A stretch of 64,000 nt of DNA from Dehalococcoidia bacterium (GCA_963662435.1 OY759598.1:1396507-1460506); one strand, 5' to 3'; shown: positions 28,713-38,257, counted from the stretch's first letter. Translations and numbers: made by a program. Notes: generated by a model not told the origin, from the letters alone.

Positions 28713-29834
28713 ATGACGACGGCAACGATGGCAACCGGAACGATGACGGCGAAGACGGCGGGAGCGGAGAGCGAGCTGAGGGCTGCTGCGAGGCGGCGCG
28801 GGCTCACCGTGAAGGAGCTGGCGGCCCTGATGGGCGTCTCGGCGGGATACCTGTCGCAGATTGCGACGGGGCGCAGGCCGTGGACGCCGAAGATGCGGGA
28901 GAAGGTCGCGGCGGTCCTGGGAGAGGTCCCCGGGCAGGACACCGTCTACCGCCAGGGTGGGGCCGCAGTGAACAGCGAGAGCAGCGTCATCCGGGAGCGC
29001 GCCTGCACGCTGGGCATGACCATGAAGGAACTGGCCGACCGCGTTGGCGTGTCCTACGGATTCATGACGCAGGCGGCCCGTGGCCGCCAGACCATGGGCG
29101 TGAAGGTGCAGGCCAGGGTCGAGTCGGTGTTGCAGGCCCCGGCAAAGATCGCTCCCGCCACCTGCGCCAACCGCCAGGCGAGCGTCGTGAACGGGGAGAG
29201 CACCGTCATCCGGGAGCGCGCCCGCGCTCTGGGCATGACCATGCGGGAGCTTGCCGAGAAGGTCGGCGTGTCCGCCAGCTACATGAGCATGGTGGCTCGC
29301 GGCCACAGGAGCATGGGCGTCAAGCTCCAGGCGAGGGTCCAGTCGGCGCTGGAGAGTCCGGCGAAGGTGGCCCCGGCGCAGCTTGCCGCCGTCGACCGGC
29401 AGGTCCTGTGGGAGAGGATGGACGCCCACGGCATCAGCCAGAACGAGGCCGCCCGCCGAGCGGGCATCAGCTCCGCCCACCTCTCCCAGATCATGAACGG
29501 CAAGTCCAGCCCCTCGGCGGGCGTGCTGAAGGGTCTGCACGGGGCGCTGTTCCGGCCCACGAAGGCGGAACGGGTCATGCCCGCCGAGGTGAAGGTGCTG
29601 GGCTGGCGCAAGGGCGAGCGCAGCGGGATGGTGGTGCGTGGCGCCGGTGGCCCCGGGCGCGGCGCCAGGTCCGGCGGCGGGACGATTCGGACCGGCGGTC
29701 GGGTGCCCTGGGGCGCGAAGGCGGAGTACGCCTACCGCGCCGGGTACGACGGCATGGGCCGGTTGTCGGTCACGCATGTCGTCCAGAGGGGCTACTCCGC
29801 CATGCTGAAGCAGCCGGAGACGGCCGCCGCGTGA
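28713..29834 (+). CDS. Protein with four tandem XRE-type HTH domains plus a basic Gly-rich C-terminal domain
   Basis: GLTVKELAALMGVSAGYLSQI; GMTMKELADRVGVSYGFMTQA; GMTMRELAEKVGVSASYMSMV; GISQNEAARRAGISSAHLSQI; SD AAGGAGG. Confidence 0.85.
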   Translation: MTTATMATGTMTAKTAGAESELRAAARRRGLTVKELAALMGVSAGYLSQIATGRRPWTPKMREKVAAVLGEVPGQDTVYRQGGAAVNSESSVIRERACTLGMTMKELADRVGVSYGFMTQAARGRQTMGVKVQARVESVLQAPAKIAPATCANRQASVVNGESTVIRERARALGMTMRELAEKVGVSASYMSMVARGHRSMGVKLQARVQSALESPAKVAPAQLAAVDRQVLWERMDAHGISQNEAARRAGISSAHLSQIMNGKSSPSAGVLKGLHGALFRPTKAERVMPAEVKVLGWRKGERSGMVVRGAGGPGRGARSGGGTIRTGGRVPWGAKAEYAYRAGYDGMGRLSVTHVVQRGYSAMLKQPETAAA

Positions 29835-29962
29835 GGCGCCCGTGACGTACCGCATGATGGGCGGCTGCCTCGAAACAGCCTGGGACGGCCCGCACCGGGC
29901 CGCATACGCGAGTCCCGCCGTGGGCGGGCCTTCGCACGTTCAAGCATTCGCCTGGGGGCGTT

Positions 29963-30095
29963 GCCGGAACCCGACCGCCCCCGATGGGGCGGTGCAGTCC
30001 GTCTCCCGTCGCTCTCCGCCTGGCGGCGGCGACTGATGGAGACGTGCGTCCGGGTTCCGGCGTCGTCCTCTAACCACCACGAAAAGGAGGACGAC
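29963..30095 (+). promoter_or_regulatory. Structured leader sequestering the helicase ribosome-binding site
   Basis: GCCGGAACCCG/CGGGTTCCGGC stem enclosing two hairpins; GTCGTCCTC (30062) pairs with GAGGACGAC (30087), which overlaps the SD. Confidence 0.5.
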
Positions 30096-30099
30096 TCAC

Positions 30100-32439
30100 A
30101 TGAACCTCGGAGGTTTCATCGACACGTTCAAGGACGCCATAGCCAGGAGGGTGGTCGAGTCCTACCCGCCCCTCTACCGTCCCTCGGAGAACGGCGGCAG
30201 GCTCCCCAGGCTGCTCCGCAGGCCCCTGGGGGCGCAGGCCGACGCCATCAGGGGCGCGGCCCTCTCCCTCAAGGCCCACCGGGGCACCACCGTCGTCGGC
30301 GAAATGGGCACCGGAAAGACCTACATCGGCGCGGCGGCCGCGTACATGGCGGGCTTCGAGCGGGTGCTCATCATCTGCCCGCCCCACCTGGTGCCCAAGT
30401 GGAAGCGGGAGGTGGAGATGACGGTGCCCGGCGTCCGCGCCGCCATCGTCGAGTCCATCACCGACCTGGAGCGGCTGCGCCTCTCCGTCGGCTCCGGCCC
30501 CCTATTCGCGGTGATGAGTCGGGAGAAGGCAAAGCTGTCCTACCGCTGGATGCCCGCCGTGATACAGCGGTGGGCCACGTCCAGGGGAAGGCTGTTGCGG
30601 GACGATGAGACGGGGGAGCCCTTCCGCATCCCCTGCTGCCCCGACTGCACCGCGCAGATCGTCGACAAGGACGGCGTGCCCCTCACGGACGCCGACCTGA
30701 ACCGCCGCAAGCACACCTGCGCCGCCTGCGCCGCCCCCCTCTGGCAGGCCGACAGGTCCGGCCCGGCCCGCTACCCCTTGGCCGACTACATCAAGCACCG
30801 GATGAAGGGCTTCTTCGACCTGCTCATCGGGGATGAGGTCCACGAGTTCAAGGGCCGAGGCTCGGCCCAGGGCATCGCCGCGGGCATCCTCGCCGACGTG
30901 TGCGGCAGGTCCCTCAGCCTGACCGGGACCCTTCTGGGAGGGTACTCCTCGACCATCTTCCACCTCCTCTACCGGTTCTCGCCGGAGATACGGACGGAGT
31001 TCGGGCGGTCGGACGAGCATCGCTGGATTCAGCGGTACGGCTTCGAGGAGGTCACCGTCGGCAAGCCCGACGACGACGCGGTGGAGGACGGGCGCAACAG
31101 CCGCCGCCGCAGCTACCGCAAGGTCACCAGGGAGAGGCCGGGCCTCGTGCCCAGCGCTTTGTTCCACATCATCGGGAACACGGTGTTCCTCAGACTGGCC
31201 GACGTTGCCTCCGGCCTGCCGGACTACGAGGAGAAGATCCTCGTGTCCTCGATGGACTCGGAGGAGGACGCCACCGGGTACTCCCAGCGCAGCGCCTACA
31301 ACACCGTGTTCGAGGAGCTGAAGAAGGAGTTGGCGGCCGCGCTGAAGGCGGGTTCCAAGCGCCTGCTGGCAACCTACTTGCAAACCCTGCTCGCCTACCC
31401 CGACGGCTGCACCAGGGGGGAGACCGTCTTCGATCCCCGGAGCGGGGACGTGATCGTGCAGGTGCCGCCGTTGTCGGAAGACAAGCTCTACCCGAAGGAG
31501 CAGGCGCTCGTCGACCTGGTGGCCGCCGAACGGCTGGAAGGACGGCGGGTGCTGGTCTACGTGACCCACACGGGGACGCGGGACATCACCGGGCGAATGG
31601 ACGACATCCTCACCCGGCACGGCTTCCGGGTGGCGGTGATGAAGGCCGACGCGGTGGCCCCGAACCGCAGGGAGAAGTGGGTGGCGGACAAGGTGAAGGA
31701 GGGCATAGACGTCCTCATCTGCCACCCGCGGCTGGTGCAGACCGGCCTCGACCTCATCGATTTCCCGACAATCGTCTGGGACGAAACGGACTACTCGGTG
31801 TACGTCGTCCGGCAGGCGTCGCGGCGGTCTTGGCGCATCGGGCAGACCCGCCCGGTGAAGGTGGTGTTCCTGGCCTACCGGAACACGCTCCAGGCCGACG
31901 CGCTGAAGCTGGTGGCGAAGAAGATGCAGAGCTCCCTGGCCGTCGAGGGGGAGCTGCCGGAGGACGGCCTCGCCGCATACGGAGACGACGGCGACGACAT
32001 GATGATGGCCCTGGCCCGCAGAATCGTCAGCGGCGAGGAGGAGGACGAGGCCGAGACGATGGAGGAGGTGTTCGCCCAGGCCAGGAACGCCGAGAGCGAG
32101 GCCGAGGAACTGCTGGTGGACGACGGCTGGAAGGTCGTCGAGATCGAGCCGGAGACCGTTGCGGTCAACGGGAACGGGAATGGCAATGGCCACCACGACG
32201 ACCTGTTCGGGCCGACGGTTGAGCTCGTCCCGGCCAACAGCCTGCCCCGTACTGGATACGGGGGCCGCCACGATGACGAGACCCCGGAGCCGCAGCAGTC
32301 GCTGTTCTCCTGGGCCGAGTTCATGGCCGAGGAGCCGGTGAAGCCCAGGGGCCGGAGGACCCAGGCCCCGTCACTGTCCCTGTTCGAGTGGGCGGTGGAA
32401 CAGGAGCGGGAGGAGGAGCCGGTCGGCGCGGGCAGCTAG
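30100..32439 (+). CDS. SF2 (SNF2-related) helicase with Zn-finger insertion
   Basis: GEMGTGKT, ICPPHLVPKW, CPDC..CAAC, DEVHE, LTGT, LVQTGLDL, QASRRSWRIGQ. Confidence 0.88.
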   Translation: MNLGGFIDTFKDAIARRVVESYPPLYRPSENGGRLPRLLRRPLGAQADAIRGAALSLKAHRGTTVVGEMGTGKTYIGAAAAYMAGFERVLIICPPHLVPKWKREVEMTVPGVRAAIVESITDLERLRLSVGSGPLFAVMSREKAKLSYRWMPAVIQRWATSRGRLLRDDETGEPFRIPCCPDCTAQIVDKDGVPLTDADLNRRKHTCAACAAPLWQADRSGPARYPLADYIKHRMKGFFDLLIGDEVHEFKGRGSAQGIAAGILADVCGRSLSLTGTLLGGYSSTIFHLLYRFSPEIRTEFGRSDEHRWIQRYGFEEVTVGKPDDDAVEDGRNSRRRSYRKVTRERPGLVPSALFHIIGNTVFLRLADVASGLPDYEEKILVSSMDSEEDATGYSQRSAYNTVFEELKKELAAALKAGSKRLLATYLQTLLAYPDGCTRGETVFDPRSGDVIVQVPPLSEDKLYPKEQALVDLVAAERLEGRRVLVYVTHTGTRDITGRMDDILTRHGFRVAVMKADAVAPNRREKWVADKVKEGIDVLICHPRLVQTGLDLIDFPTIVWDETDYSVYVVRQASRRSWRIGQTRPVKVVFLAYRNTLQADALKLVAKKMQSSLAVEGELPEDGLAAYGDDGDDMMMALARRIVSGEEEDEAETMEEVFAQARNAESEAEELLVDDGWKVVEIEPETVAVNGNGNGNGHHDDLFGPTVELVPANSLPRTGYGGRHDDETPEPQQSLFSWAEFMAEEPVKPRGRRTQAPSLSLFEWAVEQEREEEPVGAGS

Positions 32440-32516
32440 GCCGCAGGCACAGGGGAGGACGCCGCGATGGTGTGGCGTCTTCCCCTGCATCGCCATGTGT
32501 GCGGGCCTTTTTTGTT
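32438..32516 (+). terminator. Hairpin plus T-tract downstream of the helicase
   Basis: CAGGGGAGGACGCC/GGCGTCTTCCCCTG stem, outer stem, then TTTTTTGTT. Confidence 0.55.
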
Positions 32517-32549
32517 GCCCGAAATCATCGCCCGTCCGCGCGGCGGCGG

Positions 32550-33683
32550 CTACCGCGCCTCCTCCCCCTCGCCTCCCCGCGTTCCCAGCGCCTCGCGGGC
32601 CAACTCCCTCGCCCCCCTCGCCGCGGCGTTGCCCGGCTGGATGCCGATGATGGCCTCGAAGTCCTCGACCGCGCTCTCGAACCGCGCCGCGTACATGCGG
32701 GAGATCCCCCTGCTGTAGAGGACGGCAGTGTTACGAGGGTCAAGGTCGAGGACCCCGGTGTAGTCCTCTATCGCCAGCTCGTGTCGCTCCAGGCTGGCGT
32801 GGGCCAGACCCCTGGCCGACAGGGCCTCGACGTTGCCGGGGTCGAGCTCCAGGGACCGGTCGAAGTCCCCGACCGCCTCGTCGTAGCGTCCCAGGCCGCC
32901 GAGGGCGACGCCCCTGCCCCGGAGCGCCGGTGCGTTGTCGGGGTCGAGCCCCAGCACGGCGTCGAAGTCGCCCAGTGCGGCGTCATATGCCTCAAGGTTG
33001 AGGTTGGTGATCCCCCTAGCGTAGAGGGCCAGGCCGAACCTCTGTTCCAGCACGATGGCGGCGTCGAAGTCCCTGAGCGCCCTGTCCATCCGGCCCATGT
33101 CGCGGTATGCCATGCCCCGGTGGTAGCGGGCCTCGGCGAGGCTGGGATTCAAGTCTATCGCCCTGCTCAGGTCCTTCACCGCACGGTGGCGACTGCCCAT
33201 CGCCAGGCGGGTAAGCCCCCGGTTGTAGTGGGCCTCGGCGTCGCCGGGGGCCAGGGTGACGGCCACGTCGAAGTCGCTCATCGCCCCCGCAAGGTCGCCC
33301 AACTCCGCCTTGCACGCCCCCCGGCTGTAGTGCGCCACGGCGTCGCCGGGGGCCAGCCGGATTGCGGCGTCGTAGTCCTCCACCGCCGGGCGGCGCTCCT
33401 CCAACCTAGCGTAGGCGCGGGCTCTGTCGAGGTAGGCCCCGGCGTTGTCGGGTTCGAGGGCGATGACCCCGCCGTAGTCCTCCGCCGCGATTCGGTGCTC
33501 CCCAAGCTCGGCGTACACCAGCCCCCTGGCGGACAGGGCTTCGGTGTCGCGGGGATTCGCCTCGATCCGCTCCGTCAGATGCTCGACCATCCGCTGAAGG
33601 CCCTCGCGCCCCGCGCCGTCCACGAACCGGCGGTACTCTTTCGATGGCTCCTCCGGGTCGATCCCGCCATGCTCCTCGTTCAT
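32550..33683 (-). CDS. Tetratricopeptide repeat protein (~10 TPRs)
   Basis: 34-aa periodic A.YxxRG.....LG....A..DFD.AI.L.P. Confidence 0.93.
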   Translation of the reverse strand: MNEEHGGIDPEEPSKEYRRFVDGAGREGLQRMVEHLTERIEANPRDTEALSARGLVYAELGEHRIAAEDYGGVIALEPDNAGAYLDRARAYARLEERRPAVEDYDAAIRLAPGDAVAHYSRGACKAELGDLAGAMSDFDVAVTLAPGDAEAHYNRGLTRLAMGSRHRAVKDLSRAIDLNPSLAEARYHRGMAYRDMGRMDRALRDFDAAIVLEQRFGLALYARGITNLNLEAYDAALGDFDAVLGLDPDNAPALRGRGVALGGLGRYDEAVGDFDRSLELDPGNVEALSARGLAHASLERHELAIEDYTGVLDLDPRNTAVLYSRGISRMYAARFESAVEDFEAIIGIQPGNAAARGARELAREALGTRGGEGEEAR

Positions 33684-33944
33684 GACGCTCCTCCCGTGTG
33701 TCTTGATCTTTCCTCTATCGGACGCGTTCCCCCGTTGCGGAGGCGGCTGCCGGGATGGGGTACAGGCTCCCGACGCCGATGCGGTCTCTCCCTCGCGGCG
33801 TGGGACCGACGCGGGGACGCCTCCATGATGGCGAAACCGTTCCCGGAATGCAATGCGGGCTTGGCGGTGAGGACTCGGTGTATGACGGGCTTTTGGCGTT
33901 TCAGCCTCTATGGGACTCGGCCCCTCACCGCCGCGCCGCCCCGC

Positions 33945-34190
33945 TCAGTCTCTGTAGATGTGGCCGAGCCCCAGCGAGTCCGCGATTTGCAGCAGCGCCG
34001 TATAGTTCTGCGTGTTGGGCAGCACGCCCTTCTCCCTCCAGCGCCTCACGGTCTCGGGATGGACGTCGAGACGCCGGCATATCTCCGCCCACGGCAGGTC
34101 GGACTCCTCCTTGAACCGCACGAGGCGCTCAGAGAAGTCCTTGGGGAAGCCGGGTGGCTTCCTGCTGTGGTGTACGCGCTGTCTCGGCAT
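33945..34190 (-). CDS. XRE-family HTH protein, paralogue of 15037-15366
   Basis: FPKDFSERLVRFKEESDLPWAEICRRLDVHPETVRRWREKGVLP. Confidence 0.75.
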   Translation of the reverse strand: MPRQRVHHSRKPPGFPKDFSERLVRFKEESDLPWAEICRRLDVHPETVRRWREKGVLPNTQNYTALLQIADSLGLGHIYRD

Positions 34191-34352
34191 CGGGCCGGTC
34201 CTCCGGAAAACTCGTCAAGACTGCCTCCGGGCGGGGGAGCGTCCAGGTCGATCCGCATAGGCGAGCCCGCGAGACTGAGAACAAAAGCGGGCGTCCAGCC
34301 GGAGCCGGACGCCCGCGTGCATGGGCCTATGGTTCGGCGCCTGCCGCTCCGG

Positions 34353-36897
34353 CTAGCCGCCCTCGATGTCCCGCAGCGCCTTCGCCACTTCCACCCAGCG
34401 TTGCCAGCCCTTGTCGGCGTAGCTCTGGGCCTCGGATGCCGTCATGGGCGTCAGCGACGCGTCGGACACGGTCTCGCCGAAGGCCAAGAGCGCCCGGTCC
34501 CAGCGGTCGGTGTGGGTCTTGTCGTCCACCCATTTCGGGTCGTTGCGCCACTCGTATATCTGCGCAATGAGCTCGGCGTACTCCCCCTGTTGCTGCTGCT
34601 GGGAGTCTTCCTCTTCCGGCTGCCCCAAGTCCTGCGGCTCCTCGGTCTTGACCACCGACACGTCGAAGGCGTCGCTGACCCGGTTGCCGTCGGCGTCCTC
34701 CGCCGTCACGGTGATCGTCGCCGTTCCTTCCGCTACACCCGCCACCGTCAGCGTGAACTGGTCCGCCGACACGGTTACGGTTGCCTTGGCGTCATCCGAG
34801 GATGCGGCGGTTATGGTCAGGGCGTCGCCGTCGGCGTCGCTGAACGCGCCGGACAGGAGCACGAACTGCTCATCCCCCGCGGGCAGGTCGGTCACATCGG
34901 CCAGGGCCGAGGCCACCACCGGCGCGGCCTTCACCGCTACGGTGAAGGCGTCCTCCACCACGCCGCCGTTGCCGTCGTTGGCCGTCACCGTAATCGTCGC
35001 CGTCCCTCGGGCCTGGGCGTTCACCGTCAGGCTGCTCTGGTCGGCGGCGACGGACACTGTGGCAACGGCCTCATCGGAGGAAGCGGCGGTGATGGTCAGT
35101 TCGTCGGCGTCGGCGTCGGCGAACACTCCCGACAGGGACACTTCCCGCGTCCCGCTCTCGTTGACGATGGTGGCGTCTCCCAGGGCGGCGGACACCGTAG
35201 GGGCCTGGTTGGGCGTCTCCTGCTGCCCGCCGGACTCGATGTCCCGCAGCGCGTCGGCCACCTGCTGCCAGCGGCTCCAGCCCCGGTCGGCCAGGGCCTG
35301 GGCCTCATCCGCCGTCATGGGCGTCAGCGACGCATCGGCCACCGTCTCGCCGAAGGCCAGAAGCGCCCGGTCCCAGCGGTCGGTGTGGGTCTTGTTGTCC
35401 ACCGACTCCGGGTCGTTCCGCCACTCGTACATCTGCGCAATGAGGTCAGCGTGCTCCCCCTGTTGCTGCTGCTGGGAATCTTCCTCTTCCGGCTGCCCCG
35501 AGTCCTCCGGCTCCGGCAGGACCCCGATGGGCCCTTCCTCCTGGCCGCTGCCGCCGCCGGCGTCGTTGTCCCTGATGGTGAGCGTCAGCGTCGCATCCAG
35601 GTCCGGGCTTTCGCTGGAGGCGGTGAAGATGATGGTCTCGCCGGGGTCTACCACAGCGTCGTCGATGATGAAGATCGTGAATGCGGCTTCCGTCTCGCCC
35701 TCGGCTATGTGGAGGAACGCACGCCTCCCGTCGGTCTGGCCGTCATCGTACCCGCCGGACGACCCGATGTCCGAGGATTCGTAGTCGAAGGCGGTGCGGC
35801 TGCGCGTGGTAATAAGAGGGGCGAGCTGCGCGGTGCCGGAGGGAATGATCTCCACCCGCGTGCCGCGCACCGGCGCCGGATTGTCCAGCGTGACGCTTAT
35901 GGTGACGCGGCCCCCGCCATCGGCTCCCTCGGCCGGGGTCCTGTCGGCGGTCAGGGTCAGCCTGCCCCGGTCGTCGTCGGTCATGACCAGGGTAATCGTG
36001 GCCTCCGCCACCACCGCGCTCGACGTCTGGCCCAGTGCCGGGTCCAGCACTGAATAGGTGATGGAGAAGCTCTCTTCCCGCTCCACGATGTCGTCGTCAA
36101 TGTGGCCGAGCTTTGTGGTGAACGTCCTCGTGCCCTGCGGCATAACGCCGGGGCCGGGGTCTATGTACTCGAGGTCCTCGTACCCGGACCCCTCGAACTC
36201 GTAGTAGGTCCCGAGAACCATAGCCCTGGGCAGGGGCGGGTCGAAGGTCCCGGTAATGGTCACCGGGTTTCCGCCCTCCCGGAGCGGCCCGGAGGCGCGC
36301 AGCGTCAGCGTCGTGGGCGGGGTCTCCGTCAGCCTCAGTGACACCGTGTCGCCTACGGACCAGTTCAGGCCGGAGTTGGTCCAGGCTACGCGGGTGTCGC
36401 TGTTGGTGAGAGTGGCATCTGCAAGGGGAAGCTGCCTGTTGTCGACGTGCAGCGTCAAGGCCGACTTGAGGCTATCGGGGATTGCTTTGTTGAAGGTGAA
36501 GCGGAGAGTGCCGCCGAAGAGATCGAGCCGAATGACGTCATAATCCACACCGCCATACGTGAAGTCATCGTCCGTGAGCACGCTCGTTGAACTGCACGAA
36601 ACGCCAGCAAGGGGATTCTCGCAGCCAAGGACTATACCGGTACCGACAGTGTCCCCCGGGGTCAGCGTGGCGGACCATACCTCGGTGCCAGACTGCTGGG
36701 CCTGAGCAGGCTGTGCGCCGGGCGCAAAGAAGACCGCCAGCGCAATCAGCGCGGCGGCCAGGAGGAGCAGATGGGAGGGGTTTGGGGCGAGGAGGGCTAG
36801 ACTAGAACGTAGGTTCGGGGGGGGTAACGGGCAGGGCCGCCCTCAACAGGCGGCTCGGAGTTGAGAGGGCATCAGAAAAGGCGGTTAGCAGGTTCAT
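34353..36897 (-). pseudogene. Large secreted adhesin-like protein (Calx-beta-like, cadherin/Ig-like and duplicated Trp-rich domains), frameshifted at a G8 tract
   Basis: SD AAGGAGGT and ATG 36897; removing one base of G8 (36817-36824) fuses it through a signal peptide (LLLAAALIALAVFFAPGAQPAQA) into the 742-aa ORF, giving 847 aa; NQAPTV..FADADADELTITA repeats. Confidence 0.8.
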
Positions 36898-37227
36898 CGA
36901 ATCACTACCTCCTTGGCGTTCATGGTGGCGGGCCTTCTCACCCGCCTTGCATCGGTCAGTTCTTGGTCAGGCCCAGCCTTCTCAGCAATCCAACCTCTGC
37001 CATTCTTCTACTGGAATACCCCGTCGCACACGGTCGACGCACTCTCTACCGAAGGGCAACGGAAAGCGCCTACCATCCACGCATGGAGCATAATAAGTCC
37101 AATATGTCACCACGACACTACCTGAAAGCCGGTCTCTTTGTCAATACGCCGGGCGGGGATTCTGCCCGATTTTCGGCGGGCGGGCGCGCAGGGGGAAGGT
37201 GCGGAGCGGGAAGGAAGGGGAGACCGG

Positions 37228-37599
37228 CTACTCTTTGGCCTGGATGACGACGCGGCCGCCGTCTTCCACGTCGATGTTCAGGTTGTGGCGGTCCAGCATC
37301 CGCATACCTACGAGGGGCGTTGCGTCGGCAGCATAGACATAGATGTGCCTTGGCTGGCCGTCCCAGAGCAAGGCGGCTCTGTAGATGTCGAAGGTCACCT
37401 CGCTGCCATCGGCCAGGATCATTTGGCCTCGGTTCCGGTAGGTCAACCCCAACTCCGAGGCCAACGCCGACGGCAGGGTTAGGAAGTCGTTGAACCCGGT
37501 GTCTATCACAGCCTCGATCTCCCGGCTCTGCCCTGACGGACCTTGCACCTTGAGGGATACGACGGCTTCCAGGGCGGCGTTTACCATCCCCTCAATCAC
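37228..37599 (-). CDS. Clan AA (retropepsin-like) aspartic protease
   Basis: IEAVIDTGFNDFLTLP, LADGS, PLVGMRML. Confidence 0.85.
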   Translation of the reverse strand: MIEGMVNAALEAVVSLKVQGPSGQSREIEAVIDTGFNDFLTLPSALASELGLTYRNRGQMILADGSEVTFDIYRAALLWDGQPRHIYVYAADATPLVGMRMLDRHNLNIDVEDGGRVVIQAKE

Positions 37600-37913
37600 T
37601 GGGCGCTCCGCAGGGACCCGCCCCCGAAGCTGGCCAAGGCCCTATACCCTACTCGCGCACACCAGATGTCATAGGCATCAGGCCATTGCGCTTGCAGGCG
37701 GTCCACTGCTTCAAGGACATCCCCGCCGATGGCCCATCTGCCGCTCTCCACATCTATGGCGACGAGCTCCCCGTCGTGGTCGGCCTCGACCTGCTGCCGG
37801 ATATCGCGCTCGTATATCTCCTTGCCCAGACGGGCCGTCTCTTCTTTGGGCCGGCTCGGCGGCGACGTGTGTCTGATGGGCTGCGTGGGCGCTGGGGTGT
37901 CTGCGTCCCTCAT
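37596..37913 (-). CDS. Small partner protein coupled to the aspartic protease gene
   Basis: GKEIYERDIR...GELVAIDVESGRWAIG...IWCARVG; 4-bp overlap with the protease gene; SD AAAGGAGG. Confidence 0.75.
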   Translation of the reverse strand: MRDADTPAPTQPIRHTSPPSRPKEETARLGKEIYERDIRQQVEADHDGELVAIDVESGRWAIGGDVLEAVDRLQAQWPDAYDIWCARVGYRALASFGGGSLRSAQ

Positions 37914-38113
37914 GCATCCTCCTTTCAAGGCGTGCTCCTACACCCGCCATTCTACCATTTTGTTAGAATGTGAGACATAGGAAAATGCTGTACACAGGTG
38001 CGGACGCCCTGAACCGCAAGGGAGTCATCCCAGAAGAGATTTGACCGTCACACTACAGGAATCGCGAGTCCTCGGTGCATCGACAGGCTACCCAGCCACA
38101 TCTCAAAGACGGC

Positions 38114-38150
38114 GGTATCTACCGTATGCGGTGGTGGGCTAGAGGGGACT
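38114..38150. other. Right attachment site of the ICE (element arm 38114-38135, GG core 38136-38137, host arm 38138-38150)
   Basis: GGTATCTACCGTATGCGGTGGT mirrors 12233-12254; host arm GCTAGAGGGGACT mirrors AGTCCAGTCTTGT (9/13). Confidence 0.8.
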
Positions 38151-38257
38151 TTACTGCGTACTTTTCGGTGGGAGGTCTGTATACGACAGTAGGGAAATCC
38201 AATAGGTGACTGCAGCAGTGAACGTTGGGTACCTGCACCCAGAGAGGCTACGACGAG

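Larger units (their letters stand above)
12231..38137. mobile_element. Integrative conjugative element, ~25.9 kb
   Basis: Serine recombinase at one end, relaxase, T4CP, VirB4, pilins, VirB6-like; symmetric attP/attB can be reconstructed; visibly more GC-rich than the flanks. Confidence 0.88.

Noticed and set aside
34362..35500. Possible DGR template/variable repeat pair
   Set aside because: Differences are not adenine-specific, both copies are in-frame domains, and no reverse transcriptase is in the window
32388..36053. 1221-aa plus-strand ORF, and other long ORFs such as 15350-17293, 28217-29845, 30502-32271, 12413-13735
   Set aside because: Shadow or alternate-frame ORFs caused by high GC over genes with clear motifs (only 15350-15634 is retained)
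38112..38192. Plus-strand peptide AVSTVCGGGLEGTLLRTFRWEVCIRQ as the remnant of a second integrase
   Set aside because: Similarity to the integrase 3' end is limited to the att arm symmetry; upstream codons do not resemble the integrase
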